DNA from: Bacteroidota bacterium | Lineage (GTDB): Bacteria > Bacteroidota > Bacteroidia > NS11-12g > UBA9320 | Assembly (NCBI GenBank): GCA_002746305.1 | Contig: NVWV01000005.1 | Span: 205,126 to 269,125 of the forward strand | DNA length: 64,000 nucleotides | Reading direction: 5' to 3' | In this document: one piece after another, positions 56,856 through 64,000 of the stretch | Numbering within the stretch: position 1 is the stretch's first letter | Layout: each line of letters begins with the position of its first letter | Made by a program: the position numbers and the translations under genes | The notes under the pieces: generated by a model | Database searches by the model: none | The model's input: only the letters and a program-made list of their open reading frames with translations | Told to the model about the DNA's origin: nothing

Positions 56856-57144
56856 TGGCTTTATTTATAGCTACTACTTTTATTCTACTTTCTTCGTATT
56901 CTTTGTTTAAGTCTTCTCTTAGAATCTCTACTGTTAAACTATATTCTAAATCTAGTTTAATTTCTATTAGTGTCTTGCTTAAACGGTTGATAGGAAATGG
57001 GAATTCATTAAAAGTGTTGACACTCAATAAATCAGATATTCTATTTTTTATTTGGGTGGCAATAGTAATACCAAACATTTGTTCTGCAATATCGGTGTTT
57101 TCACAAACATCTCTAATTTTTTTGTCCCCAAATGACAATATCAA
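56839..57144 (-). CDS. HigB-like toxin candidate (RelE/ParE superfamily) upstream of the HigA-like HTH-peptidase gene
   Basis: The size is small (≤101 aa; alternative start MFGIT… gives 78 aa). The toxin-first order and 17-nt overlap with the HTH gene are typical of higBA. The N-terminal ILSFGDKKIRDVCEN resembles the HigB opening (I-K-S-F-x-x-K-x-L). This is a weak, by-eye similarity only. Confidence 0.3.
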   Translation of the reverse strand: MILSFGDKKIRDVCENTDIAEQMFGITIATQIKNRISDLLSVNTFNEFPFPINRLSKTLIEIKLDLEYSLTVEILREDLNKEYEESRIKVVAINKANERSS

Positions 57145-57382
57145 ATCTCTGTTTATTAATGTTTATTCCTATGCGAATCTAAGTTTTGTAATGATAAAAG
57201 GTGAGTTCAGCTTCAAATAACTTGCATGAAACAATTTGTGTAAATAACAGTTATTGTGCATTTAAAGAAACAGAGACGCGTAAGCGCTTGAAAATGTGGC
57301 ATGTACGTTATTAATAATTTTAGCTGACCAATTTTTGCCCCCTCATACTATCTGGAGTTCAACGGATGATACTTAAAGTCAT

Positions 57383-59536
57383 TTATCTAAGCACTTCTAT
57401 TTTTTGACTTCCTGTATTCCCATCTTCATCTGTGAGACTAAGAATGTAATTTCCTGCTGTCAGTGTGGTGTGAATTGTAATAAGTGAAGAGTTCTTGGAT
57501 TTCTGAGTATATGCTAGCTTACCATTCATGTCAAGTATCTTAATGTTTACATTCAGTTGTTCATTGCCCAGTTCAATAGAGATGTTCCCATCACTTGGAT
57601 TTGGATAGATTTTGAATGGTAGACTATTGATTTTAGGAATTGAAGCAAAATCTACCAATAGACTATCGCTCAATTCACTTTCACAACCATACTCGCTCAC
57701 CAGTTGAACTTGCCAGTAACCATTGCTATCTGGGTCTAATCTTCTTTCTGTTGTTTCAAACTTAGCTACACCATCTCTGTACCATCTGTAGGTATGGGCC
57801 AGAGTGTTACTCACTACACTGTCTTTAAAGCGACTTATAAGGGACTTATTGGGATTTGGATATTCTGCAATGGTAAGTGTATCCCATGCTTGGCAAAAGG
57901 TCTTATTGGTAACCTTAATCCTATATACTCCTGCTGTATCTGCAATTAGAGTATCTGCATTAACCCCCTGAAAATGGTCGTAGTCTATTATAGGTCCGAG
58001 GGCATTATCTAGGTTAGGCTCTTCTATAGGTCCTTTGTCACCCCAATGCACACAATGCATATTGGCAGGAGCTTGGAGAACGAGATTGATAGAATCACCA
58101 GTACAGTAAAAAGTATCAGTACCGAGCATATTCAAATCCCACTTGGGATGAATGGTTAAAGTTTTAGTTACGGTATCTGTTCTGCTTCCAATAGTAGCAA
58201 AATGGCTCACTTGCCACTTTCCCGTGTCGGGGAAGGAGTAATTACAATGCTTAGTTAAACTACTGTCTTTGAAGTTACTAACCCCCACTTTTTGAAAACA
58301 CCATTTCCATGAAGTGGCTTGTAATGTATCTCTTCCTTCAAAACTGTAAGAATGACCCCAACAATCTTCGGTGTATGCAAAGTCTATGCTGGGTGTATAG
58401 AAGTAAGAAGCATTGAAGTTAGGAAGGCCGTAAGAAACTATTCTGTTGGGTATTTTATAATGTCTTAAATCTAGACCTGAATTGTTTCCTTGTAAGTTTG
58501 GATATTTAATAACCGATAAATATGAAGAATCTGGGATTGCACCATATATAAAACCATTACTGTAATTCTGAAGTGCCATGTTGGAAAAGGTGTTTTGAGC
58601 GGTCCACAAGATTGTTTTAGAATTATGAACGGAATCAATATTCAAGTTGGATAAGTCGTATTGAATTAGATGTCGACCTCTTTCAGAAGAATAAAGTTTT
58701 GTTTCATCAGGTGAAAAAACACTGTGTATCGGCAACCATAATTTTTGGGAACTCAGTATATAATCAATTTCACCAGTAGAATTATTAAACTTATATAACT
58801 CCACTATTCCATCAGCATTAAACTCATTGAGAGAATATATGGTCAATGCAAGCATTTTGCTTGACGCAGAAAAGGTTAGACTTCCTGCAGCATTTGAGCC
58901 TTTATTTCCAATGTAGTTTTGCGATTCGAAATTTTTTGGACAAATAGGGTCTTGATTGTCACGAATAAGAAAAATATAGCCCTTCTCAGACTTAAACTTA
59001 TGTAAGACTAACCAATTATCTTTTTGATTAGCATGTTTAACTATGCTTTGCATTTCGCAAACTGGGCTCAATATTTTTTTATCTCCTATTTTTACTCCAT
59101 CCTTAAAAGTATAAACATTTGCACCATTTGTTCCTCCAATATCGGTTGTAGTAATTACATTAATAATAGAGTCATTTCCTGAAATTAATACCCCTTGCAC
59201 AGAAGATTTATCTCCCTTGAGTGTTGAAATAATATTGAAATTACTATCATATAAGTTTGCTGCATCAGAGTAGTAAAGCAATTTTCCAGTTTTACTTGAA
59301 AAGGAGGAATATGCTTCAGACGTGTGTACATTCGAGGTGCTGACTATTATCGAATCATCAAAATTTAATAGAATGCTGTCGCCAAAAGTCCAATGCTTGG
59401 TTCTCAAAAAATCGGGATTAGTTTCAGGAATTTGGGCAAATGAGCTTATGTTCAATAGTAAAATTAAACTGAGCAATGTGGATTTCATCAACTGAGGCAT
59501 GTTATAAAGATATGTAACCTGAATCTTATGTTGCAT
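57383..59536 (-). CDS. Secreted protein with T9SS C-terminal sorting domain (beta-propeller/Ig-like cargo)
   Basis: The C-terminus (FKIYPNPSDGNISIELG…GNYILSLTDEDGNTGSQKIEVLR) is a type-A T9SS CTD. The signal peptide is likely at the internal start MKSTLLSLILLLNISSFAQ (about 59488), which would remove the 11-nt overlap with the upstream HTH gene. Confidence 0.55.
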   Translation of the reverse strand: MQHKIQVTYLYNMPQLMKSTLLSLILLLNISSFAQIPETNPDFLRTKHWTFGDSILLNFDDSIIVSTSNVHTSEAYSSFSSKTGKLLYYSDAANLYDSNFNIISTLKGDKSSVQGVLISGNDSIINVITTTDIGGTNGANVYTFKDGVKIGDKKILSPVCEMQSIVKHANQKDNWLVLHKFKSEKGYIFLIRDNQDPICPKNFESQNYIGNKGSNAAGSLTFSASSKMLALTIYSLNEFNADGIVELYKFNNSTGEIDYILSSQKLWLPIHSVFSPDETKLYSSERGRHLIQYDLSNLNIDSVHNSKTILWTAQNTFSNMALQNYSNGFIYGAIPDSSYLSVIKYPNLQGNNSGLDLRHYKIPNRIVSYGLPNFNASYFYTPSIDFAYTEDCWGHSYSFEGRDTLQATSWKWCFQKVGVSNFKDSSLTKHCNYSFPDTGKWQVSHFATIGSRTDTVTKTLTIHPKWDLNMLGTDTFYCTGDSINLVLQAPANMHCVHWGDKGPIEEPNLDNALGPIIDYDHFQGVNADTLIADTAGVYRIKVTNKTFCQAWDTLTIAEYPNPNKSLISRFKDSVVSNTLAHTYRWYRDGVAKFETTERRLDPDSNGYWQVQLVSEYGCESELSDSLLVDFASIPKINSLPFKIYPNPSDGNISIELGNEQLNVNIKILDMNGKLAYTQKSKNSSLITIHTTLTAGNYILSLTDEDGNTGSQKIEVLR

Positions 59537-59759
59537 TCAGTTGATTAAAAAAAACATCAATCTGACATTTATGTATGTTTAAAATTTTCATTAAATACAT
59601 CAAACTTATTTGCTTACCTGCTTCGGCAGCCCAGTAATGCCTTCTGCTTAGGTCATGGTCCACAGCAAATGTTTCATAGCTTGTATACCCTGATTCCAAC
59701 CTCATTTGTTTCAACTTCTTTCCAATTATACCGAATACTATTTCAGGGTTATTTACCAC
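59526..59759 (-). CDS. XRE-family helix-turn-helix transcriptional regulator (77 aa)
   Basis: IGKKLKQMRLESGYTSYETFAVDHDLSRRHYWAAEAGKQISLMYLMKIL has the HTH_3/XRE pattern (hydrophobic core, Q/R DNA-contact positions). Confidence 0.5.
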   Translation of the reverse strand: MVNNPEIVFGIIGKKLKQMRLESGYTSYETFAVDHDLSRRHYWAAEAGKQISLMYLMKILNIHKCQIDVFFNQLNAT

Positions 59760-59793
59760 GCCCGAAATGACATATCAAAAGTACAATTAATTT

Positions 59794-59809
59794 ACGCAAT
59801 TATTTGCGT
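59794..59809. promoter_or_regulatory. Perfect 16-bp palindrome ACGCAATTATTTGCGT in the divergent promoter region between the XRE-HTH gene and the M43 protease gene; candidate operator
   Basis: Read directly. The 6-bp arms ACGCAA/TTGCGT have a 4-nt AT spacer. It sits 35 bp upstream of the HTH gene start and 84 bp upstream of the protease gene start. Confidence 0.35.
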
Positions 59810-59892
59810 GTTGTATTTTTTCATATATTCGCTGCAACAAAATACCCCCTCAATTAATCTATATAGATAGAATACAACCTTTATTAAAACTT

Positions 59893-62800
59893 ATGATGAA
59901 AAAATTATCTTATTTTTCGATTGTACTATTTCTTTTTCTAAGTAGTCTTTCCCATGCACAAAACACGTCTTGTTCCTTTGATGAACAACTCGCTCGGTAT
60001 CAACAAGCAGACCCAATCGGCTATACAATGAGCAGAGCTGCTCATGTAGCTGCGGTAAAACAGTACCGAGCTAGCCACCCAAACACTAACCATCTTCTCA
60101 ACTCGAACCAAACGGGCAATAGCAATGCACTATTGGGCGGTTCGTGTGACAGTGCCAAATATATTCTCCCTGTAGTGATTCATGTCATTCACGATCCATT
60201 GGATACATTGGGAAGCGGGAGTAACATCAGTCACGCACAAATACAAAATCAGTTGGAAGAATTGAATCACGCCTTTGGCAACTACTATATGCCGCATGGT
60301 CCTAGTTCTGTAAACACTGGAATCAAATTTTGTTTGGCACAAACTCGACCTGATGGTTCTAGTTTCAACGGCGTGAACCGTATCGCTAGTAGCCGCAGTA
60401 CACATCCCCGTTGGGAAGAAGATAGCTTACTAGCATTAATACACTATCCAACGGATAAGTACATCAACATCTTTGTGGTAGATAAAATAATAGATAGCAC
60501 AGGAAACAATGGAGGGGTGCTAGCTTATGGTAGCTACCCGTATTGGGGCAGTAGAGCAAGTGACCTCATTGTCATCCGTCATGATTGGTTTGGAAAATAT
60601 ACCTCCTCACTACCTGCATTGGATGGTTTAGCAGAAGGCAAAGTATTGGCCCATGAAATGGGACATTATTTGGGTTTGTTTCATCCCTTTGAGGGTGGTT
60701 GTACTGGTACAAATGCTAACGATTGTATGAGTAAGGGAGATATGTGTTGTGATGTGCCTGCCGTTGCTGCTGATGTAAATGGAGGGTGTAACAGTGTAAA
60801 CACCTGTTTTGAGAGCTATAGCAGTAATCCACCCGACCAAAAAGAAAACTACATGGACTATAGCTACCCCAGTTGTAAAAACACCTTCACCGCCGACCAA
60901 GCAGATGTAATGTACACCACATTGGAAGGTATACGAAGTAGTTTGTGGAATCCGACCAGTATCAATTCGCTCAATCTGTCGTGCTGCATTAACTCAGCCC
61001 AGTTTATAGGGCATACCGATGGGTGTAACATAGATAGTTTGAACTTACAGGCTTATGCCTATTCGGGTGGAGCTTCATACACATGGAATTTTTATAAAAA
61101 CGGAAGTTTATTTAAAACAGAAACCGTCACTACATCTGTCTATCAAGTGTTACTGGACTCAGGCAACTACGATGTACAACTGACCATTACCACAGGAAGT
61201 CAAAGTTTTAGTAAACTGGTAGAGAATGCAATGACTATTTACAAATGCGATAGCTTATTACCCAGTACACAAGGTTCATGGTATTTCGGGCATAATGCAG
61301 GAATGCGGTTTTATGATAATGGCTTGGTATTAAAGGATATTGAACCTTGGAAAAATCAAGTCCCTACTCAAATCAATTCAGGAGGTGCAACCCTGAGTAT
61401 GAGTGATAGTATGGGTGATTTATTGTTTTATGGTGGAGCAGAGTATATCAATAGTAACCTAAGAATCTTTGATTCAGACTATAAACAAATGAAGGGTAGC
61501 CCGATACTGGGAGACTTTAATGCAACCCAAGGAGCAGTTACCATTCCAGTACCCACTAGTGATAGTTTATACTACATCATTCATACGGACAAAGCGGGTA
61601 GAAGTCCGTTTTATTCGATTATTGATATATCCATAGGTATAGATAGTATTATCTCAAAGAATGTATCCATAACAGGACCTGTAGGTGCAGGGGGCTCTAC
61701 AACTATTGGGCAACTAAAAGAAGGTCTTACCTGTATCCCAAAATGCGGGAATGAAGACTACTGGGTCTTGTTGAGTAGGTACGATACCAGTACAGGTAAT
61801 TCATCCATTGTGAAACTCATTGCTGCAAGTGATACGATTACCTATCATTCGGCACAGAACGTTCCTAACATGGAAGTAAGTGCTAGTATGGTAGTTTCTC
61901 CAGACGGTAAGCTAGTGACTATCGGTAATCATTTGTATTCTTTTTGTAACTCTGATGGTAATCTTACGCTCATAGAAACAGATAGTAGTGATTTTTTAAT
62001 ATACTCGTTAGCTGCATCCTTTTCTCCCAATAGCAAACTTCTTTATCGTCTAGAGTACTATTTTGATCCAGGCTTTGCGTTCTATCCCAAAGAACATAAT
62101 TATCTACTCCATCAAATAGATCCTTATGCGGTATCTCCTGTTAACACTAAAATACTTATTAAAGAAACAGAATACCACCGCTATATGCAGTTAGCTCCCA
62201 ACAACAAGATTTATATGTCCGTTCTAAACGGAGCTTTACCCTATGTTTCATCCATTAATGATCCCAATGCTCGAATTCAGGATAGTTCGCAGTTTGATTA
62301 TACCGAAGAATCCGTATTTACTATAAAGAATGGTATTGGAGGGATGTCACAAGGAATAACCAATCATATCAATGCCAAAGCCTTGGTAGACTTAGATACC
62401 AATTTTGTGATTCGAGAAATGAGTTGCTTTACCAAACGATTTTTACCAAGCACCTGTTGTGCATCTAGTTATTACTGGAATTTCGGAGATGGGACTACCA
62501 GTACCAGTATGGAAATAGAACATACATATGCCGACACGGGTTGGTATGATGTAAGTCTAGTAATGAATGGTTCAGATACAATCACCAAAAGAATCCGAGT
62601 GGGTATTTCACCTGAGAGTTTAGAAATACAAGGAACAGATGTATTCTGTACTTCTAACTCCCCCATCTTGTATTCTGTCCTCTTTGATGCAGATTACAGC
62701 TATTCTTGGACCGCTACAGGTGCTTTAGGTCAAAGCAGTACCGATGAGCGACAAACTGAGGTTACATGGCAAGATTCGGGAATACTCAAAGTAGTAGTCA

Positions 62801-64000
62801 CCGATAAAATTACCGAGTGTACGGATTCCAATGAAATAAAAGTGTACCGACAGGATTTTGTACCTGTAGACTTTGAATACAGTTCTGAGAACTGTGCAAC
62901 ATTTGTCTTTGAAACCTCACATCATTGCGATAGTTCCTATTACTGGAATTTTGGAGATGGAACGCTAGACTCTACCCAAAACACACTGCACACCTATTCA
63001 GATACAGGGTACTACCAAGTACAATTAATCTCAGGTGGAGATACGGTTAATAAATCCATCTATGTAGGTATGCTTGCAAGTGATTTGGTACTGACTGGTG
63101 CAGCTACCAATTGCGACGATACAGCATTCTATAATTATGCTGTTCCTTTTAATCCTAACCATACCTATACGTGGAGTAGTACAGGAACAGATTTGTTCTC
63201 ATCTACGGATAATAGTGCTGTTACCAAGTGGCTCAGTACTGGAACAATTGAAGTCATTATTTATAACACTATCAATTCTTGTACGGATACTATAGGAATG
63301 GATGTTACTAAAAACTTACCTGAATTAGATTTTGCGTTTAGCTCTTCCAATTGCAAGGATGTTCAGTTTACAACCGATTACTATTGCGGACTACCCATAA
63401 AATGGATTTTTGGTGATAGTACTATTTGGGATATTCCTAAAACAAGCTCCATTCAAAACCCTATCAACACATACGCAACTGGGAGAACATACTATGCCAG
63501 TTTAGTGGTAAATGGAGATACGATAACTAAGAAAATAGTAGTAGGATCAGAGTCCATTAGCGTATCAGGATTGCCCAATCCAATCTGTGATACCAGTCAA
63601 TTTTATGAAATGACAATAGATAATTACAACCCTGCGACGACCTATACATGGGGCTCTTTTGGAGATTCCGTTTCAGTAGTTAATGATTCCACCTATTCCA
63701 TAAAGGTGTCGGGGAACTTTACCAGTAAAGGCTTTTTTGCACAAAGCGTAAATTCATGTGTTAGTAGCTATGATTTGACCTACACGGTATATACAGGCTT
63801 GCCTTTTATGAATCCTCAAATAACGGGGACAACTATCTTTTGTGACACATCGAAGGTTAATCCATATAGTGTTCCTAACGATCCCTATCAATATGCATGG
63901 TCGGTAAACAACAACAGTATACTAATTGCTGGAGCATCGGATAATGAGGTTTCGGTAAAATGGAGAGCAAATGGACAACTTAAAGTGGTTATTTCAGATC
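59893..64000 (+). CDS. Giant secreted M43-family (pappalysin/cytophagalysin-type) zinc metalloprotease followed by tandem PKD-like repeat modules; 3'-partial (runs off window end); absent from the ORF track
   Basis: Translated manually with no stop through 64000 (>1369 aa). Signal peptide MMKKLSYFSIVLFLFLSSLSHAQ. The metzincin motif is HEMGHYLGLFHPFEGGC (HEXXHXXGXXH). There are repeated ~140-aa units each containing SYYWNFGDGT (PKD WxFGDG motif) plus a second Cys-containing module (TYTWSSTGTD…). G+C is visibly higher than the surroundings across about 60.0-61.2 kb. Confidence 0.75.
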   Translation, partial: MMKKLSYFSIVLFLFLSSLSHAQNTSCSFDEQLARYQQADPIGYTMSRAAHVAAVKQYRASHPNTNHLLNSNQTGNSNALLGGSCDSAKYILPVVIHVIHDPLDTLGSGSNISHAQIQNQLEELNHAFGNYYMPHGPSSVNTGIKFCLAQTRPDGSSFNGVNRIASSRSTHPRWEEDSLLALIHYPTDKYINIFVVDKIIDSTGNNGGVLAYGSYPYWGSRASDLIVIRHDWFGKYTSSLPALDGLAEGKVLAHEMGHYLGLFHPFEGGCTGTNANDCMSKGDMCCDVPAVAADVNGGCNSVNTCFESYSSNPPDQKENYMDYSYPSCKNTFTADQADVMYTTLEGIRSSLWNPTSINSLNLSCCINSAQFIGHTDGCNIDSLNLQAYAYSGGASYTWNFYKNGSLFKTETVTTSVYQVLLDSGNYDVQLTITTGSQSFSKLVENAMTIYKCDSLLPSTQGSWYFGHNAGMRFYDNGLVLKDIEPWKNQVPTQINSGGATLSMSDSMGDLLFYGGAEYINSNLRIFDSDYKQMKGSPILGDFNATQGAVTIPVPTSDSLYYIIHTDKAGRSPFYSIIDISIGIDSIISKNVSITGPVGAGGSTTIGQLKEGLTCIPKCGNEDYWVLLSRYDTSTGNSSIVKLIAASDTITYHSAQNVPNMEVSASMVVSPDGKLVTIGNHLYSFCNSDGNLTLIETDSSDFLIYSLAASFSPNSKLLYRLEYYFDPGFAFYPKEHNYLLHQIDPYAVSPVNTKILIKETEYHRYMQLAPNNKIYMSVLNGALPYVSSINDPNARIQDSSQFDYTEESVFTIKNGIGGMSQGITNHINAKALVDLDTNFVIREMSCFTKRFLPSTCCASSYYWNFGDGTTSTSMEIEHTYADTGWYDVSLVMNGSDTITKRIRVGISPESLEIQGTDVFCTSNSPILYSVLFDADYSYSWTATGALGQSSTDERQTEVTWQDSGILKVVVTDKITECTDSNEIKVYRQDFVPVDFEYSSENCATFVFETSHHCDSSYYWNFGDGTLDSTQNTLHTYSDTGYYQVQLISGGDTVNKSIYVGMLASDLVLTGAATNCDDTAFYNYAVPFNPNHTYTWSSTGTDLFSSTDNSAVTKWLSTGTIEVIIYNTINSCTDTIGMDVTKNLPELDFAFSSSNCKDVQFTTDYYCGLPIKWIFGDSTIWDIPKTSSIQNPINTYATGRTYYASLVVNGDTITKKIVVGSESISVSGLPNPICDTSQFYEMTIDNYNPATTYTWGSFGDSVSVVNDSTYSIKVSGNFTSKGFFAQSVNSCVSSYDLTYTVYTGLPFMNPQITGTTIFCDTSKVNPYSVPNDPYQYAWSVNNNSILIAGASDNEVSVKWRANGQLKVVISD

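Noticed and set aside
56855-57220. 121-aa plus-strand ORF overlapping the HigB-like toxin candidate
   Set aside because: It is hydrophobic and low-complexity, fully overlaps the minus-strand small gene, and extends into the AT-rich intergenic region. Whichever of the two is real, the minus-strand one fits a toxin-antitoxin operon context with the downstream HTH gene, so the plus-strand ORF is considered spurious. This alternative cannot be fully excluded without expression data.
53520-59890. Classical integrative element (integrase plus att direct repeat of the tRNA-Val 3' end) downstream of the tRNA
   Set aside because: I searched by eye for a repeat of GGTTCGAATCCAGCAGTTCCCA, or its 3' half, in 53.6-59.9 kb and found none. 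I also found no integrase, recombinase or transposase ORF. So the islet cannot be called an integrated mobile element from this window alone.
1-64000. CRISPR arrays, rRNA genes, IS elements
   Set aside because: No regularly spaced direct repeats, no rRNA-like conserved stretches and no transposase-like ORFs were seen anywhere in the window.

Overview
This is a low-GC (about 35%) Bacteroidota-type chromosomal window, judged from T9SS C-terminal sorting domains, gldA/gldF/gldG, type III glutamine synthetase, a DUF2723 giant membrane protein, DUF2795/DUF4271, and many overlapping gene starts. Most of it is housekeeping or cell-envelope genes: rlmB-like, rlmN, prfA, polA, tyrS, lpxH-like, hemD, hemW, an Hsp70 paralog, Hsp20, OsmC and YtxJ. 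These sit among at least five T9SS cargo proteins. There is also a tandem pair of TPR/HisKA_2 sensor kinases with a LytTR response regulator, and a gldA-gldF-gldG gliding-motility ABC transporter operon placed directly behind a large T9SS adhesin-like protein.

The stretch worth most attention begins at a tRNA-Val(TAC) gene (53520..53594) with its own terminator. Immediately after it comes a translationally coupled gene pair. The first gene encodes a highly divergent thymidylate-synthase-fold enzyme (318 aa); the catalytic Cys is kept, but the substrate-specificity region is altered, so it looks like a dNMP/NMP C5-hydroxymethylase rather than ThyA. The second encodes a 305-aa, Trp-rich partner with no obvious family. 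Downstream lies a HigB-like toxin, and next to it a HigA-type HTH fused to an ImmA/IrrE HEXXH zinc peptidase. No integrase or att repeat is visible. I interpret this as a candidate, previously undescribed, nucleotide- or DNA-base-modification module (anti-phage or epigenetic), linked to a toxin/antitoxin-peptidase switch.

The ORF track also misses two genes. One is a >1360-aa M43 (HEXXHXXGXXH) metalloprotease with tandem PKD repeats that runs off the window end, in a visibly higher-GC patch. The other is a 44-aa lipoprotein ORF upstream of ytxJ. No rRNA, CRISPR array or transposase was seen.
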